A stretch of DNA of 63,845 nucleotides, the filler included, from Saprolegnia diclina VS20 (taxonomy: Eukaryota), in NCBI RefSeq assembly GCF_000281045.1. It is 12 parts of 7 records of this genome, joined end to end, with 100 filler letters (N's around TTAATTAATTAA, not from the genome) between each part and the next. Parts side by side here need not be neighbours in the genome. Positions count along the whole stretch, not along the records: positions 9,676 to 30,538 come from NW_008246163.1; 11 more parts are not named here. The stretch is one strand, 5' to 3'. Positions 12,190-23,653 of the stretch are shown here, in pieces. Each line of letters begins with the position of its first letter. The stretch's first letter is position 1. The position numbers and the translations under genes were made by a program. The notes beneath the pieces are model-generated. The model was given only the letters and a program-made list of their open reading frames with translations. It was not told the DNA's origin and did not search any database.

Positions 12190-13582
12190 ATCGGAGGCTG
12201 CAATTGAAGGAGAGTCATCCCTAAAGATCAATCAAGACAGATGTGCAAGTCGAGGTACCTGGGTGCGGCGCGTGGCAAGCGTGGTCGAGGCAGGCACTAG
12301 CTACGCACAAAGAGACTGGCCATTTGGCCCGGTCGTGGTCATGACTACGAGCTCGGTCACGACAGCCCAGCCGTAACGATGGTCTATGGTCCCGAAGGTC
12401 CAATACCATCGGGGGAGGTCCGTCGATCCCGAACGGGCGCAGAAGTACTCGACCGTGGCGGCTCAAGGACCAGCGTCTTCGTGCGCAGCGTGGAAAAACC
12501 GAAGTGGGTTCCAGTCGGTTGGGGCACGAGTCGTCAGTTGGGCAAGACAGGTGATTGGACGAGACAATGACAAAACGGGGGGTGTTTGGGAAAAGCTGCG
12601 TCAAAACAGGAATATATAGAAAAATAACCGTTCACTTAAGTTCCTAGCAGGCATTCGGGGCTGCTTGGCAAGGTAGTCGCAGGGAAGAGGAGATCCAGGT
12701 GATATGAAGTGTTGCGGTAGGGTAGAGGATTGTAGTAGAGGTCTTCTTTGCGGGTAAAAAGGCGTAGGAGGAGAGGTATGGGAAGACGCCGACGCGTGCC
12801 ATACGTGCCACAGCATAGTAACACCAAGTCTGCATATTTTTATGCAATCTACCCCGTTGTGGTTCCATTGACCCCGTTTTGACATTTTCCATCTTGGGAA
12901 GGATAATTGTTCTCTAGAAACGCATCAAATATCCGGAAAGATACATGCGTTTGTGCAAGGGAAGAAAGCGAGGGAAGAAAAAACGGCCCCCGAAGAAGTC
13001 CCGAGACAAGACAAAAAAGCAGGAGGCGGAGCGCACAGGTACCAAGATGCTTTGTGCTGTTTGACGCAGGCGCTACTTCACTAACGCTAGGCATGTCGTG
13101 AACAGCTACCCCGACCAACCGACGCACAACGACCTTGGCTACGGTACCGCGACTGTACAACGACACCCAACACAAGCGCGGCCGCCACCCATAATGAAAG
13201 CCACAGTGCGATACGCGTTCCCAGTCGATACGCGTTCCCAGACAGTATGGTGTACCATAGTCAACTCCAGCTAGAAGAAGGAGCAGGTTAGGTGTACCTA
13301 GCTAGAACGAACTCTGCTCAATTGCTTTCCAATATCCCATCAACCACCAAGGGTGCAGCTTACGGCAAGGCACCCCGAGATAGCACAGCCCGAGACGATG
13401 GGCGACCGACCGTTGAGCGCCTACAACACGTCGATCGGCGGGCCAAGCTGCGTCGCTATGCGGTGGTCCAGCCACCAGCTCTGTCACCGGCTCTGTCACC
13501 GGCGGTGGCGAGCGTGCTCCTCCGCGCGCTCTTATCGACGCCCCGCCAGCGATTTGAATTCGCTCCAAGGGCAACCATTCGC

Positions 13583-13604
13583 AGGATAAGGGCGCCCTTA
13601 TCCT
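13583..13604. repeat. Perfect 22-bp palindrome
   Basis: AGGATAAGGGC|GCCCTTATCCT, about 60 nt downstream of the kinase stop codon. Confidence 0.9.
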
Positions 13605-13662
13605 CCGATGCACCTTGTTTCAATGTACCAAAGTATCAAATTATCAAAATGCCATCACGACC

Positions 13663-16600
13663 TTAGACGTCGACGACCGCCGTCTTGTACGTGGCAACCA
13701 ATACGTCCGGTGTCGTCGTCGTGGCTACGCGGAGCGTCGCAAAGATGTCGGCGGCGAGCACCCGCTTGAGGCTCGGGCGGCGCGCCGGTGCAAAGTCCAC
13801 GAGTGACTCAAGCAGATTGAGGCCGTCGATGGCCACGAGGCGGGCGCGGGCAGCCGCCACTGCCGGGTGGGATCCCGTTGCGAGCGAATATGCGCCGACG
13901 TCGGCGCAAAACTGCTTGGCGTCGGGCGACAGGCGGCGTGCGTTGGTCTTTCCGAGCAGCTGCGATCGGAGTGCGGTCGCAACACCCGACGTACTCTGGA
14001 GCGACGCCAGGCCAAAGAGCACGCAGTACCGATACAACGTGTCGCAGAGCACGTCGCTGTGGCTGGCGTCACGCCGCAGTACTTTCTGAAGGATCGAGAA
14101 GGACGGCGCACCCTTCTTGGCACGTTTCACCTAGCCCCAAAAATTGAAATCGAAGAACATAGCACCATAAACGTCCTACCTTCCAGAGACGGAGGAGGGT
14201 CGCCTTGAGACCTTTGGGGCACACAACGTCAGCCAAGAGCTCTTCGTAGGGCAGACTACAGCAGGTTGTGAGTGACCATCAGACCCATGCTTCGCCAAGT
14301 ACCTGCCGGTGGCGAGGTGCAGTAGGCACAAGCCCAAAGCAAACGTATCGACCGCATACCCCTGGAGCGCGTCGTCGCCGTCGACGAAAAACTCGATCGG
14401 CGCGTTCTCATATGTGGTCCACTGTCCATAGATCGACCATCGTACATTGTACAACTCGAGGAAAAATGAACGTACGTGCTCAACCCCAATGGGGGCTGTC
14501 AGCGAGCCTTCTTCGGTGGTCGCCGACCCGAAATCTGCGAGCTTGACCCACGCGCTGGCCGCGAGCGTGTACGTGGCGCCGTCAAACTCGTACGCGACGA
14601 CCCCCGCGTCGTGGGATTGGAGGAAAAAGTTGAGCAACTACGATGCGATTGGTTGATTTGCCTGCAATAGCATCCTCACCTTGATGTCAAAGTGCCGGAG
14701 CCCAAGCGTCGCCCGGCCCGTGTAGAGCGCAAAGCACATTTGAAAAAAGTAGGCGACCACGTCGTGCGCGTCAAGGGACCCGTGGGTGCGAAGGTAGTCC
14801 TCGACGTTGCCGCCATCGCAGAGCTCCATGCAGGTGTAGAGGAACCGACCATTGGCTTCCGTCGTCGGCTACACGACCACACGTCAACAGGAGATGGCTC
14901 ACAAGCCGCAAAGACGCACCGGCGGACCGCCCCAGACAGCAGGCGCGGCCGCATTGGCAAGCAGTACTTGGTGCACGCGGACAAAGTTGGGGCACACGTT
15001 GGCCGCGACGAGGTCCGACACGAGCAGCGACGTTGCAATCTCTTGCTGGACAATGTGCTAAAGAATGGTTCAACACTGGGAAAGAGACCGACACCAACGT
15101 ACTTCGTTTCCCAACTCCTCGATCGCGCGCACGTCCATGACGCTCATGGCTTCTTCCCGGTTGGCCGCCGATGCATGGACCTATACATATGGATAAAGTA
15201 CATTCCAACATGGATACATCACAGCAGCAAGTGCTACCTTGTACACGCGCTTGTAGGCGCCGTCGGCAAGGAACTGGCCGCGCGGGTACGCTTCCGTCAA
15301 CGAACCCTCCACCAGCGGTAGCCTATTCCAGTGGTAAGCACGCACGCCGTCCAGAAGAGCGTGCGTACGCCTTGTAGTCGGCTCGGGTCCATGCGCGCAC
15401 CCTACGAACGTCTTGCATCACACAGTCGACAGCAAGAGTCGGTCGTACGCTGAGCACGTGTGGTGCCAGTGCTTGCTGACGCTCGCGACCTCATGCGTCA
15501 TGTTGAGAAAGCCCGACGACAAGACGAGTGTTGCGACGCCGTCCGGCAAGACCGTTGGCGTGCACACGACCGTCGATGGCACAAAGAACGATGACCGCCG
15601 AGGGGCGTGCTCAAAGAACGACAAGCGGCGCTGGTGGTTGCGCTGGCGCTTCGTCTGCACAAACGCCATTTGGTCCCGCGAGAGGTTGAGGAGCGAGAAC
15701 GAGACGTTGGCGTCATCGTGGAGGTGCGAGCGCGACAGAGCCGCATGCAGCGATGTGTCGGTGCTGCTGGTTTCTTCTCGGATCGGCGAGATGGCGCCGC
15801 CGGCGACCGGAGCGGGCTTGGCGTGCTTGGCCGTAAACGCGCCAAAGCTAATGCGCTTGGCGACGACAACCTCGCTCTCGTCGTCATCGTCGACTTCAAA
15901 CGATACGTCCAGCGAGTGCTCGTCGAGCTGCGGCGAGATCTTGGTGATCGGACTCGGATCGACGCTGAGGCGGTGGCGACCGAGTCGCGCGGGCAAGATG
16001 GGCGACGTGCCCCAATGCAAACGCGGGTTCGACGTTACTGTCAGAGATGGACGCACGGCCAGGGGCGACGGTCCAGCGGGCGTCGGGGCAATCGGCGTCG
16101 GTGCAATTGGCGCAGTGACAAACTCGAGCGATTCGTCGAGCGGCAGTGCAAAGTTGTTGATGTACGCCTTGGTCGACTCGCTCCTAGAGACGGTGGGTCA
16201 TGGAAGATGCATACCGGGAGATGACGCAGTACATGGCGTGGGGCTGGACCGTCGGCTGCAACGACTTCAACAAGGTCGCAGCCTGCTTGTTCGAGATCCG
16301 ATATACGTTCGTGCTCTTGTGCGCCGTGAACCCAAGCGATTCAAGCCACTCGGCAAGCTGCTTGGTCTTGTCGTCGGTCCACTCGTCGCCGGTCGGCAGC
16401 GGGATGATCGAGCCAAGGCCAAAGCCAAAAGCAAAGCTCAGCTTGGCCTGGACGCTCTCCTTGAGCGACTCGACGAGGTACGCGACGAAAGGCGCTGGCG
16501 CATCCTTGGTCTTCTTGGCGGCTGACCGCTTCGTCGTCTTGGCCCGCTACGCATCAAGGTACATAGGCAAGGCAAGGTGCAGGTCGCGGGTACCTTGGCC

Positions 16601-16683
16601 GGCGGCTTGGCCGAGCGCGCTCGCTTGCGCGGCTCAAAGTCAAAGCGGTCGCCATCTTCATCGTCGGAGGACACGGGCGACAT
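13663..16683 (-). CDS. Divergent Ser/Thr protein kinase with long N-terminal region, F-box-like segment and displaced (WNK-type) catalytic lysine; multi-exon
   Basis: Hand-spliced motifs: FLADGAYKRVYK/VHASAANREEAMSVMD, QQEIA (alphaC Glu), CPNFV, MELCDGG, RHFDIK/LLNFF, VKLADFG, TTYENAPIEF, DTFALGL. Confidence 0.85.
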
Positions 16684-19168
16684 GCACGCGCGTCGCGTCT
16701 TGGGCCCGTCAAAGGCCGGACTCGCCAGGTCCGTGGTATAGCGTCCCATTCTCGCGGCTTGGTCCAATTTGGAAATGCTGCTGTCTTGGCTCGTTATCCG
16801 GAAATGGTACCTTCAACCGGAAAGCCTGCCTACGATCCGGAAAACTGCCGGATACGTGCAGCGGCATTTTGGCGCGAAGATGCGTTTGATGAAGTTGCAG
16901 AGCGATCCTTCACGCTTGTATGTAGCACATACAACCATCGTATTTCATAATTGTTTAGCTATCGCTGTATATAGAGGCAGAACCAGTACCAAGTACGCAA
17001 AAGATCGTTTAATTTGGCACCCGGTAGGAGGCAGTGCAGACAGGCCAAACATCAGTTCAGAGTGAAATCGCTCATCTTTGGTAGGTGCTGGTATATTCGT
17101 GTCACTCAGGGGCGCCCAATGTACCAGGCCAAATCGGCGTTCCGAGTAAAGCGGCATAGCTAGCCGGGTGTGTTTACTGCGTGAAGTTTAAGCTCTTCTT
17201 CGGTCGAGCAGGGCGATCGAGGCTCACCATTTGTATGAGTGGACGGCCTACGCGGCGCAGAATGCCTTGACCCTCCCACGTATCAACGTCCCAGGTCGGG
17301 GTAGTTTTGAAACGCAACGCAACAAGGTTGACAAGCACCTTTCATCGAAGACGCCCATCTAAATACGTCTACATGTTCACATTTTGGCATATGCCACAAA
17401 TAAACTTGGGCAACGACTAGACTCTGCTCTACGCCTCGAACGCCGACGTAGCTCAGCATTCTAGAACCTCGAAGGTCCTGCTATCGTTGCGTCAATTTTG
17501 AGCGATTTCATTCTGAAGTGTGTTTTGGCGCTGCGCAGCATCCAAGAGGCAGTGGAATCTCGTGTTCCGCTTTGCTATTGGCCAATTTTCTCTATTTTCC
17601 ACCAATCATGGCCACGCCAACGTGGGCGTGCCGATGCGAGCCGACGCTGTCGACTGAAACACATTCCAAAATGAAATCGCTCGGACTTGGCATGATGACA
17701 AACTATCATGTGTAGAGCACGTAAGGCGGCGTCGCGTCGGCGTTCGAAGCGTACAGTGGGAGCTGCACCGTTTGCAGTATTTATATGTGGTACATACCAT
17801 ATATAGTCACGTATTGCCGCTTTTAGTCGACGCGGTAGCTCTTCCTGCCCGCTCTTTCTTGGAAAATAACTTCGCAATAGTCGCTGTGCAGTGCTTTAAG
17901 ACTCTTCGAAGACTCAAACTGTGGCGCTGCGTCAATGATGGAAGCGCTGAAAGCGATGTTGAATCGCTCTCTTGGCGCGCCACACGTCCCTCGATTTTGT
18001 CGTGTAACCTTTGACACAGTGTCTTGGGAAGCGAGGTGCAAAGAACGGTTGATCCGATTATTAAATAGCTGCCATTACGACACCCTGTTAGTATGTCCTC
18101 CTTGCACGCTGCACTTGGGGCGATGGGACACAGGACTTAGTTAGTACATCGCAGCGTCTGCGAACCGCCATCGTATTATTAATAGTTGTCGACATATAAA
18201 GTTCGTCAAGCGTATCCATTCAATCGCTGATATCCCAAAGAGTGTATGCAAAATACGGGACTTAGTAGACAGTTTGTCTGGTCGTAGCAACCCGAGTCGC
18301 GTTGCTCCGTGATGACTGGCCCGTGAATGTTGGTCGTCGAAGGACCAAACCTTCGACACCTTGGCTCGATCGACAATTGAGGAATCGCGAGGTTGATGGG
18401 AGAAAGGTTCATGGCACTGCACATGTGCGGTTGACAAATGTCTCGACAAGCACGACGGATTGTGTTGCCACAACACAATCTCACAATCGGCTGCAGAAAG
18501 ACGCAAGCGGTAGAGGCCCGCTGTGTTTTGTACAGACCGAATTTCGTGTTTTAAACACGAAACCAAGTCCCAGTTTCGAAGCGCAACCAAGAGAGTCCGC
18601 GATCGAGCATGTCCAAGTGGGCAACCCGACTACGTGCAGCCAAGGAGACGTAGGTAGATAGATGTACAGCGAGGTAGATATCTCGAGAAGTCGAGTGGAT
18701 TGCCCACAACCATATTCGATTGTCGAAATATGCGCGAAATTTGCGCAGGCGTTCTAGGATAATCCACGGAAGATCGTTCGACGCCAAAAATGATGGATCG
18801 AAAGATTGTGAATTTGTGTGCCACCGCAAAATATGTCTTTGACAATCGCCTGCAACGTGCCACGGGAAACGATCTTGACGACAGCGAGTCAGCGATCCCT
18901 GACGCTCAAGATTGTAGGGTTGTTCAAGATCACTTGATCGTGCTCAGAATGGGATGGGATGCAAGTTCCATAGTCTTTTTTACTAAAACAGCGACATTGC
19001 ATGTACACTACGAGCGCGTAGACAGCTCATAGTGTAGCATCTAGATACCCGTCAAGCGACTTGTGTCGTGGCCACGGAGGCGAGTGTACACTAGCGTTGG
19101 ACACACGCTGGTACAAATAATAATTTGGGGTTCATGGATGTCGTAATCTGGCCAAGGAAAAAATCACA

Positions 19169-19181
19169 TTTTGGCCAATCA
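19169..19181 (+). promoter_or_regulatory. CCAAT box upstream of the PH-domain gene
   Basis: TTTTGGCCAATCA about 100 nt upstream of the ATG at 19278. Similar TGATTGG motifs recur in other intergenic regions (e.g. about 8644, 11718, 34025, 49637). Confidence 0.55.
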
Positions 19182-19277
19182 CAACCATTGGCACCGTTAC
19201 TACGTGTGTTTAAAACATAAACTACACACAGCACTGTCTCCTGATGGCCATTTCGAGTTTCGCCGCATTCGACGAGC

Positions 19278-20474
19278 ATGGCGACGACGACGTGGGAAGG
19301 CTGGGTGCACAAGCATGGTGGGCTCTTCCCGAGCTGGAAGAAGGTGTACCTCGTCGTGCACGGGCGCCAGCTTGTGTACCTCGACAGAGAAGCGAGCAAC
19401 CCGCGCGCGAAGGAGAAGGCCAAGGCGACGCTGACGGCCGTCGCCCGCAGCACGGACGTCAAGAACGGTTTGACCATCACGGGCGCCGACGGCAAGCACA
19501 CACGCATCTACACAAAGACGAGCGAAGAGGTCACGGGCTGCCTCAACGCCATGAGCGCGGCGCTGCGCCCCGAGCCCAAGCCGCGGCCGTCCATGGACCG
19601 CTTGCCCGCGACGCACGCCGGCTGGCTTGGTATGGACGCCAAGGGGCCCAAGAAATGGTACTTTGTGCTCACGGGGGCCGATCTGAGCAACTACGATCGC
19701 ATTGGCGGCGCCGAGATTGGCCGCGGTCGCCTCGCCGACATCCAGCCCTCCGAGCGCCCGACGTCGTTTGCGTTTGTATTTACGAACGGCCGTCTTTTGC
19801 CCGTCGCCGCCGAGTCGGCTGCCGACGCCGATGCTTGGATCAGCGCCGTGTGCAGCGTGCTCAACAAGCCCAAGCCGATCGCGCCGCGCCACTCGATCGA
19901 CGCCCCCCTTGCCGGTCGCCCATCGATGGATACGAGCGTCACGCGTGCGCCCGTGTCGGAGCCCAAGCCGGTCCGCGCGCCCGTTGCGGCGCCGCCGCGC
20001 AGTGAGCCGACGCCCGTGCGACAGTCCGTGCCGCCGCCAGTGCAACACCAAGCGCCCGTGCAACACCAAGCACGTGTGCCAGAACCGACGATCGCGCCGC
20101 AAAGCAAGCCAGCGATCGCCCGACTGGAGCCCGAGGCCAAGCAACCAGAATTTACGCTACCACCGCCCGTCTCGACTGGAGGGATGAAGCCGCGCAAGTT
20201 TGCGCCCGCGCAGCCGCCAAAAGCGCCACTCATGAAGCCGCCGCGCGCGCCGCAGCCCGTGGCGCAAGAAGCGCATTTCGCCAACAACGCGGCCGAGGTG
20301 TGGCAGATGACGGACCCGTCGCTCGTGCAGGCGTGGGTCGAGCACGGGAAGGCCGCGCCCGTGGCCGCGCCCATGCCACCGCCCCAATCGACGCAGAAGC
20401 TCTCGTCGTTCTTGGACAAGTACAACATGCGGCCAGAAGGCATGGCCGCGTCGAATGCTCAAACCTCATTATAA
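19278..20474 (+). CDS. Tandem PH-domain protein with Pro-rich C-terminus
   Basis: First PH: WEGWVHKHGGLFPSWKKVYLVVHGRQLVY. Second PH: HAGWLG...KKWYFVL...ADADAWISAV. Single-exon 398-aa ORF. Confidence 0.88.
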   Translation: MATTTWEGWVHKHGGLFPSWKKVYLVVHGRQLVYLDREASNPRAKEKAKATLTAVARSTDVKNGLTITGADGKHTRIYTKTSEEVTGCLNAMSAALRPEPKPRPSMDRLPATHAGWLGMDAKGPKKWYFVLTGADLSNYDRIGGAEIGRGRLADIQPSERPTSFAFVFTNGRLLPVAAESAADADAWISAVCSVLNKPKPIAPRHSIDAPLAGRPSMDTSVTRAPVSEPKPVRAPVAAPPRSEPTPVRQSVPPPVQHQAPVQHQARVPEPTIAPQSKPAIARLEPEAKQPEFTLPPPVSTGGMKPRKFAPAQPPKAPLMKPPRAPQPVAQEAHFANNAAEVWQMTDPSLVQAWVEHGKAAPVAAPMPPPQSTQKLSSFLDKYNMRPEGMAASNAQTSL

Positions 20475-20625
20475 GCAAAGATACCTATTTGTTATTGCAT
20501 ATTCGCTCGCTCTGTACGCCTCACAGACACGGCGAGGTGCCTTGGTGGTAATATCGCTCTGCTCCGAAAGGCAACGCGAGCGAGGAGCGTGCCACGTCAC
20601 GACACTGCAATTATTTTTTAAAAAA

Positions 20626-20913
20626 CTACAAAATCCAAATCGAATGCGCGGGCGTCTTGGTGACGAGGATCGAGGTGGCCGCATTGGCCGCCTGTCGGCG
20701 CTTGCGCTGGGCGAGGAGCACGAGAAGCAGCGCGGCGCCGGCGACGGCGACCGTCAATGCGAGCGCGACAGCGTTCGAGCTCAGCACCTCGGCGGTCGGA
20801 GCGACGGCGGGGGTGGCAGCCACGACGGTCGCCATCTCGGTCGCGTTCGGTAGATTCGCCGCCGACGAGCCCGCGACGACAAGGACGAGAAGCGATACGA
20901 CTAGTAGAAGCAT
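20626..20913 (-). CDS. Small secreted/type-I membrane protein (95 aa)
   Basis: Signal peptide MLLLVVSLLVLVVAGSSA, an Ala/Thr-rich stalk, TM helix VALALTVAVAGAALLLVLLA, then a basic stop-transfer QRKRR. Confidence 0.6.
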   Translation of the reverse strand: MLLLVVSLLVLVVAGSSAANLPNATEMATVVAATPAVAPTAEVLSSNAVALALTVAVAGAALLLVLLAQRKRRQAANAATSILVTKTPAHSIWIL

Positions 20914-21349
20914 GGTCGAGGCGGTTCCAAAATGGAAATGGCCAGCAAGTCGCATCTCCGACGATATCCAGAACACACCGCCGATCCTGCTCTCGCACGA
21001 CCGTGCCCATTGCTGGCGCGTGACGACGTGTGACGGCGGTGCCTCCCTGTGCGTTACGACCACTGACCATGGCGAGGTCAACGGGCTTGCCGGGATTGCT
21101 ACCTGCACCCGCCGTCTCGCCGGTACGAGCCGCGCATGCTGGCGTCGGCGAGAGATGCTCGCCACCAGGATCGTGACCTCTTCATCGCTTTGGCTACCGC
21201 TACGAGACTATACTGCCGAGACGTACCATGCGCCATGGCCATGGCCGTCCGACGCGGTGGTCCCGCCGCCTGTTCCACGGAACGACTGCCTGAGACTTCG
21301 ATATTTTGGATCGTGTTGGATGGCCGTTCGAAATTCCAGCGGCGCTAGC

Positions 21350-22084
21350 ATGGGAGCATGGCCGTACGCCACTGCGTGTTGCCATTTTGTCCTCATCTCG
21401 TTGGCGCGCATGTAGGCCCCACTGTCCCTTCGTGGCCCTCGACGACGGCGACGATGTAAAGAGAGGCGATAACCTGGATCCAGCCTCGGACGCGTACTTG
21501 ATGCAGCGCATGGCCGCGCCCGAGCGCGCGTACCGACGGCTCTTTGCGCTCCTCTTGACGCTCAGCATTGAGCTCTTTGTCGCGTTCGTGATCTCGCGCT
21601 ATACGCACACGCTGCAGACGTTTCCGCTGCTCATGGCCTTTATGCCCGTCATCTCGGCCGTCTCTGGCAACGTCGGCTTGCAGTCGTCGAGCATCGTCAC
21701 GCGCGCGCTCGCCCTCGGTCTCGTGTCACTTGATGACGCGGCCGACGCGCTGCGCCGCGAGCTCGAGGCGGCGCTGCTCCTGGGGCTCGCGCTGGGCCTC
21801 GTCACGGGCGTCATTGCGGGCCTCTGGCAGCAGTGGGTTGTGTTTGGCGTCGTCGTCGGCGTCTCGCAGTTTGCCTCGATCTTGACCGCATCGATCACGG
21901 GCTCGGCGGCGCCGCTTGTCGGGAAATACTTCAACTACGACCCGGCGACGATCGCAGGTAGAGACGAGTTCGAGGCGACGCACCCATGTATGTTGTAGGA
22001 CCCATGGAGACGGCGATCCAAGACGTCGTGGGCAACTCCCTCTTTTTGATCTTTGCGTCGTCGCTTCTGACCTTCTTTGGGTAA
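21350..22084 (+). CDS. MgtE/SLC41 integral-membrane Mg2+ transporter domain protein (2 introns)
   Basis: FMPVISAVSGNVGLQSSSIVTRALALG (PX6GN motif) and spliced DPATIAGPMETAIQDVVG. Both introns restore the reading frame. Confidence 0.88.
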
Positions 22085-23118
22085 AAACAAGAGCGAGGCG
22101 CAAGCGCAATGACAAGCTCGGACCAGGTGCACAGATTGCCATATTCAAGTACATCGTCGAGAGATAGATAGACACCTAACGCTAGAGTACTTATTATAAT
22201 CATCTTCGTATCGTGCCCTATCCACGACATGGTCATACATGGAGTCCGACGCGCGCAACCGTACCCTGCCTTGTCGCCCCTAGTAGCGGCAACAAATGGA
22301 GCTTGACTTGGACGAACCACGTGCTCGGATTCGGAGCTACGTTGAGTGTAAACACACCTCTTCTCATCAGTGTGAGAAAGTCGGCAACGAGTCGGGCTTG
22401 CCAGACCACGCAAAGGTCGGAAGGCTGTCAGGGCGCCACGTCATGACCAGGGTCGTTGCAAATCTTGGCACTCCACGTGGCCGCTACATGCCCATTAGTA
22501 GCGAGCCGCGCTCGCGACACCTCCGCTTGACGCCATAAGCTAGAGCTGGACACGAGCTCGCAGGCCAACCTCCCGCGTTATTAAATAGTACCGGCGACCG
22601 CGTTGCACGTCGTAAGCGAGACGACATGTCTATGGTGGCGAGATGAGTGCAAATTTTGCCCTAGTCAGCGTTCTATTATGTATAGACCACTAGTAATATC
22701 TTGGAGCATCTATCAGTCCAATTAGCTATCAGCGTAGAGAGCAATGCAGAGGCGGGATACATCCGGAGATGCCGACAACCTTGCCTCACCACCATGCTGC
22801 TTGATGGAAGAGCCAAGTTGCAACGGCGTCCAACCGCCACCGGTAGCCGCGGTTGCCATCGGCGATTCGTTGTATACTGCCAAGGGACGAGCGCTGTACT
22901 TGTTCTAGACAATTCGTCGGCCATAAACAGCGCAGTGCAGGCGCATCTCTCGCACTGGCCACGTACCCAGACGTCGAATCTCGCTTCAACCCGTGCCTTC
23001 AACATTCAGCGCGCATTTGAACCAATCATCGGTGAGGTCGTACCGTCGCCGCCAATCAAAACGCGTTGGCGAAAATAGCTGCCGCCCGCGAACGTGCATT
23101 TTGGATTTTCCAACGCGC

Positions 23119-23553
23119 ATGGCGACCGACCTCCTCCTCCTGGGCCCGTCCGTGGCGTCCTTGGCCTGGACGCTCCTCTGCCTCGTAGCCTTCATCGGCC
23201 TCCGCGTCCTCCAGCAGGCGCGCCAGCCCTCCACGTGGATGCAAGCCTTTGCTTCGCCTACGGCGCTCGGCCTCCCGCTGCACGCCACGACCCGCGACGC
23301 GCTCCTCACCGAGTACTACGACCCGCCGCCGATGGCCGTGTATGGCCTCGCGCTCGCCGACGCCAAGCCGCGCCTACTGCACGACTACGTTGTCTCGCCG
23401 CTCTTGCAGTCGATCGTCTGGTGGGAGCGGGCACAGGCAGTTCCCATTGATGTGAGCGACGTGGTCATGTCGCCACTCCTTCGCATGCTCTCGCTGATGC
23501 TGCCGCGCGCGCCGAACGACGAGACGCCGCCGATGAGCACGCGCACCGCGTAG
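23119..23553 (+). CDS. Hypothetical protein with N-terminal TM helix
   Basis: MATDLLLLGPSVASLAWTLLCLVAFIGLRVL; codon usage strongly GC3-biased. Confidence 0.55.
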   Translation: MATDLLLLGPSVASLAWTLLCLVAFIGLRVLQQARQPSTWMQAFASPTALGLPLHATTRDALLTEYYDPPPMAVYGLALADAKPRLLHDYVVSPLLQSIVWWERAQAVPIDVSDVVMSPLLRMLSLMLPRAPNDETPPMSTRTA

Positions 23554-23653
23554 CCCTAGCACTGTAGCCTATTTATGCCCCAATTCTGATACCACGACAA
23601 AGTTGCCAACGAGCAGAAAATTTGCGAGTTCGTAGTAGGTGTAGAGCGTTAGT

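Noticed and set aside
15413..16525. 370-aa plus-strand ORF and similar antisense ORFs (e.g. 28114-29439 minus, 43382-44353 plus, 60847-61884 plus)
   Set aside because: These are shadow ORFs opposite GC3-rich real genes.
17500..19030. Many short ORFs between the kinase and PH genes
   Set aside because: No coherent frame, codon bias or motif; treated as intergenic or unrecognisably decayed DNA.
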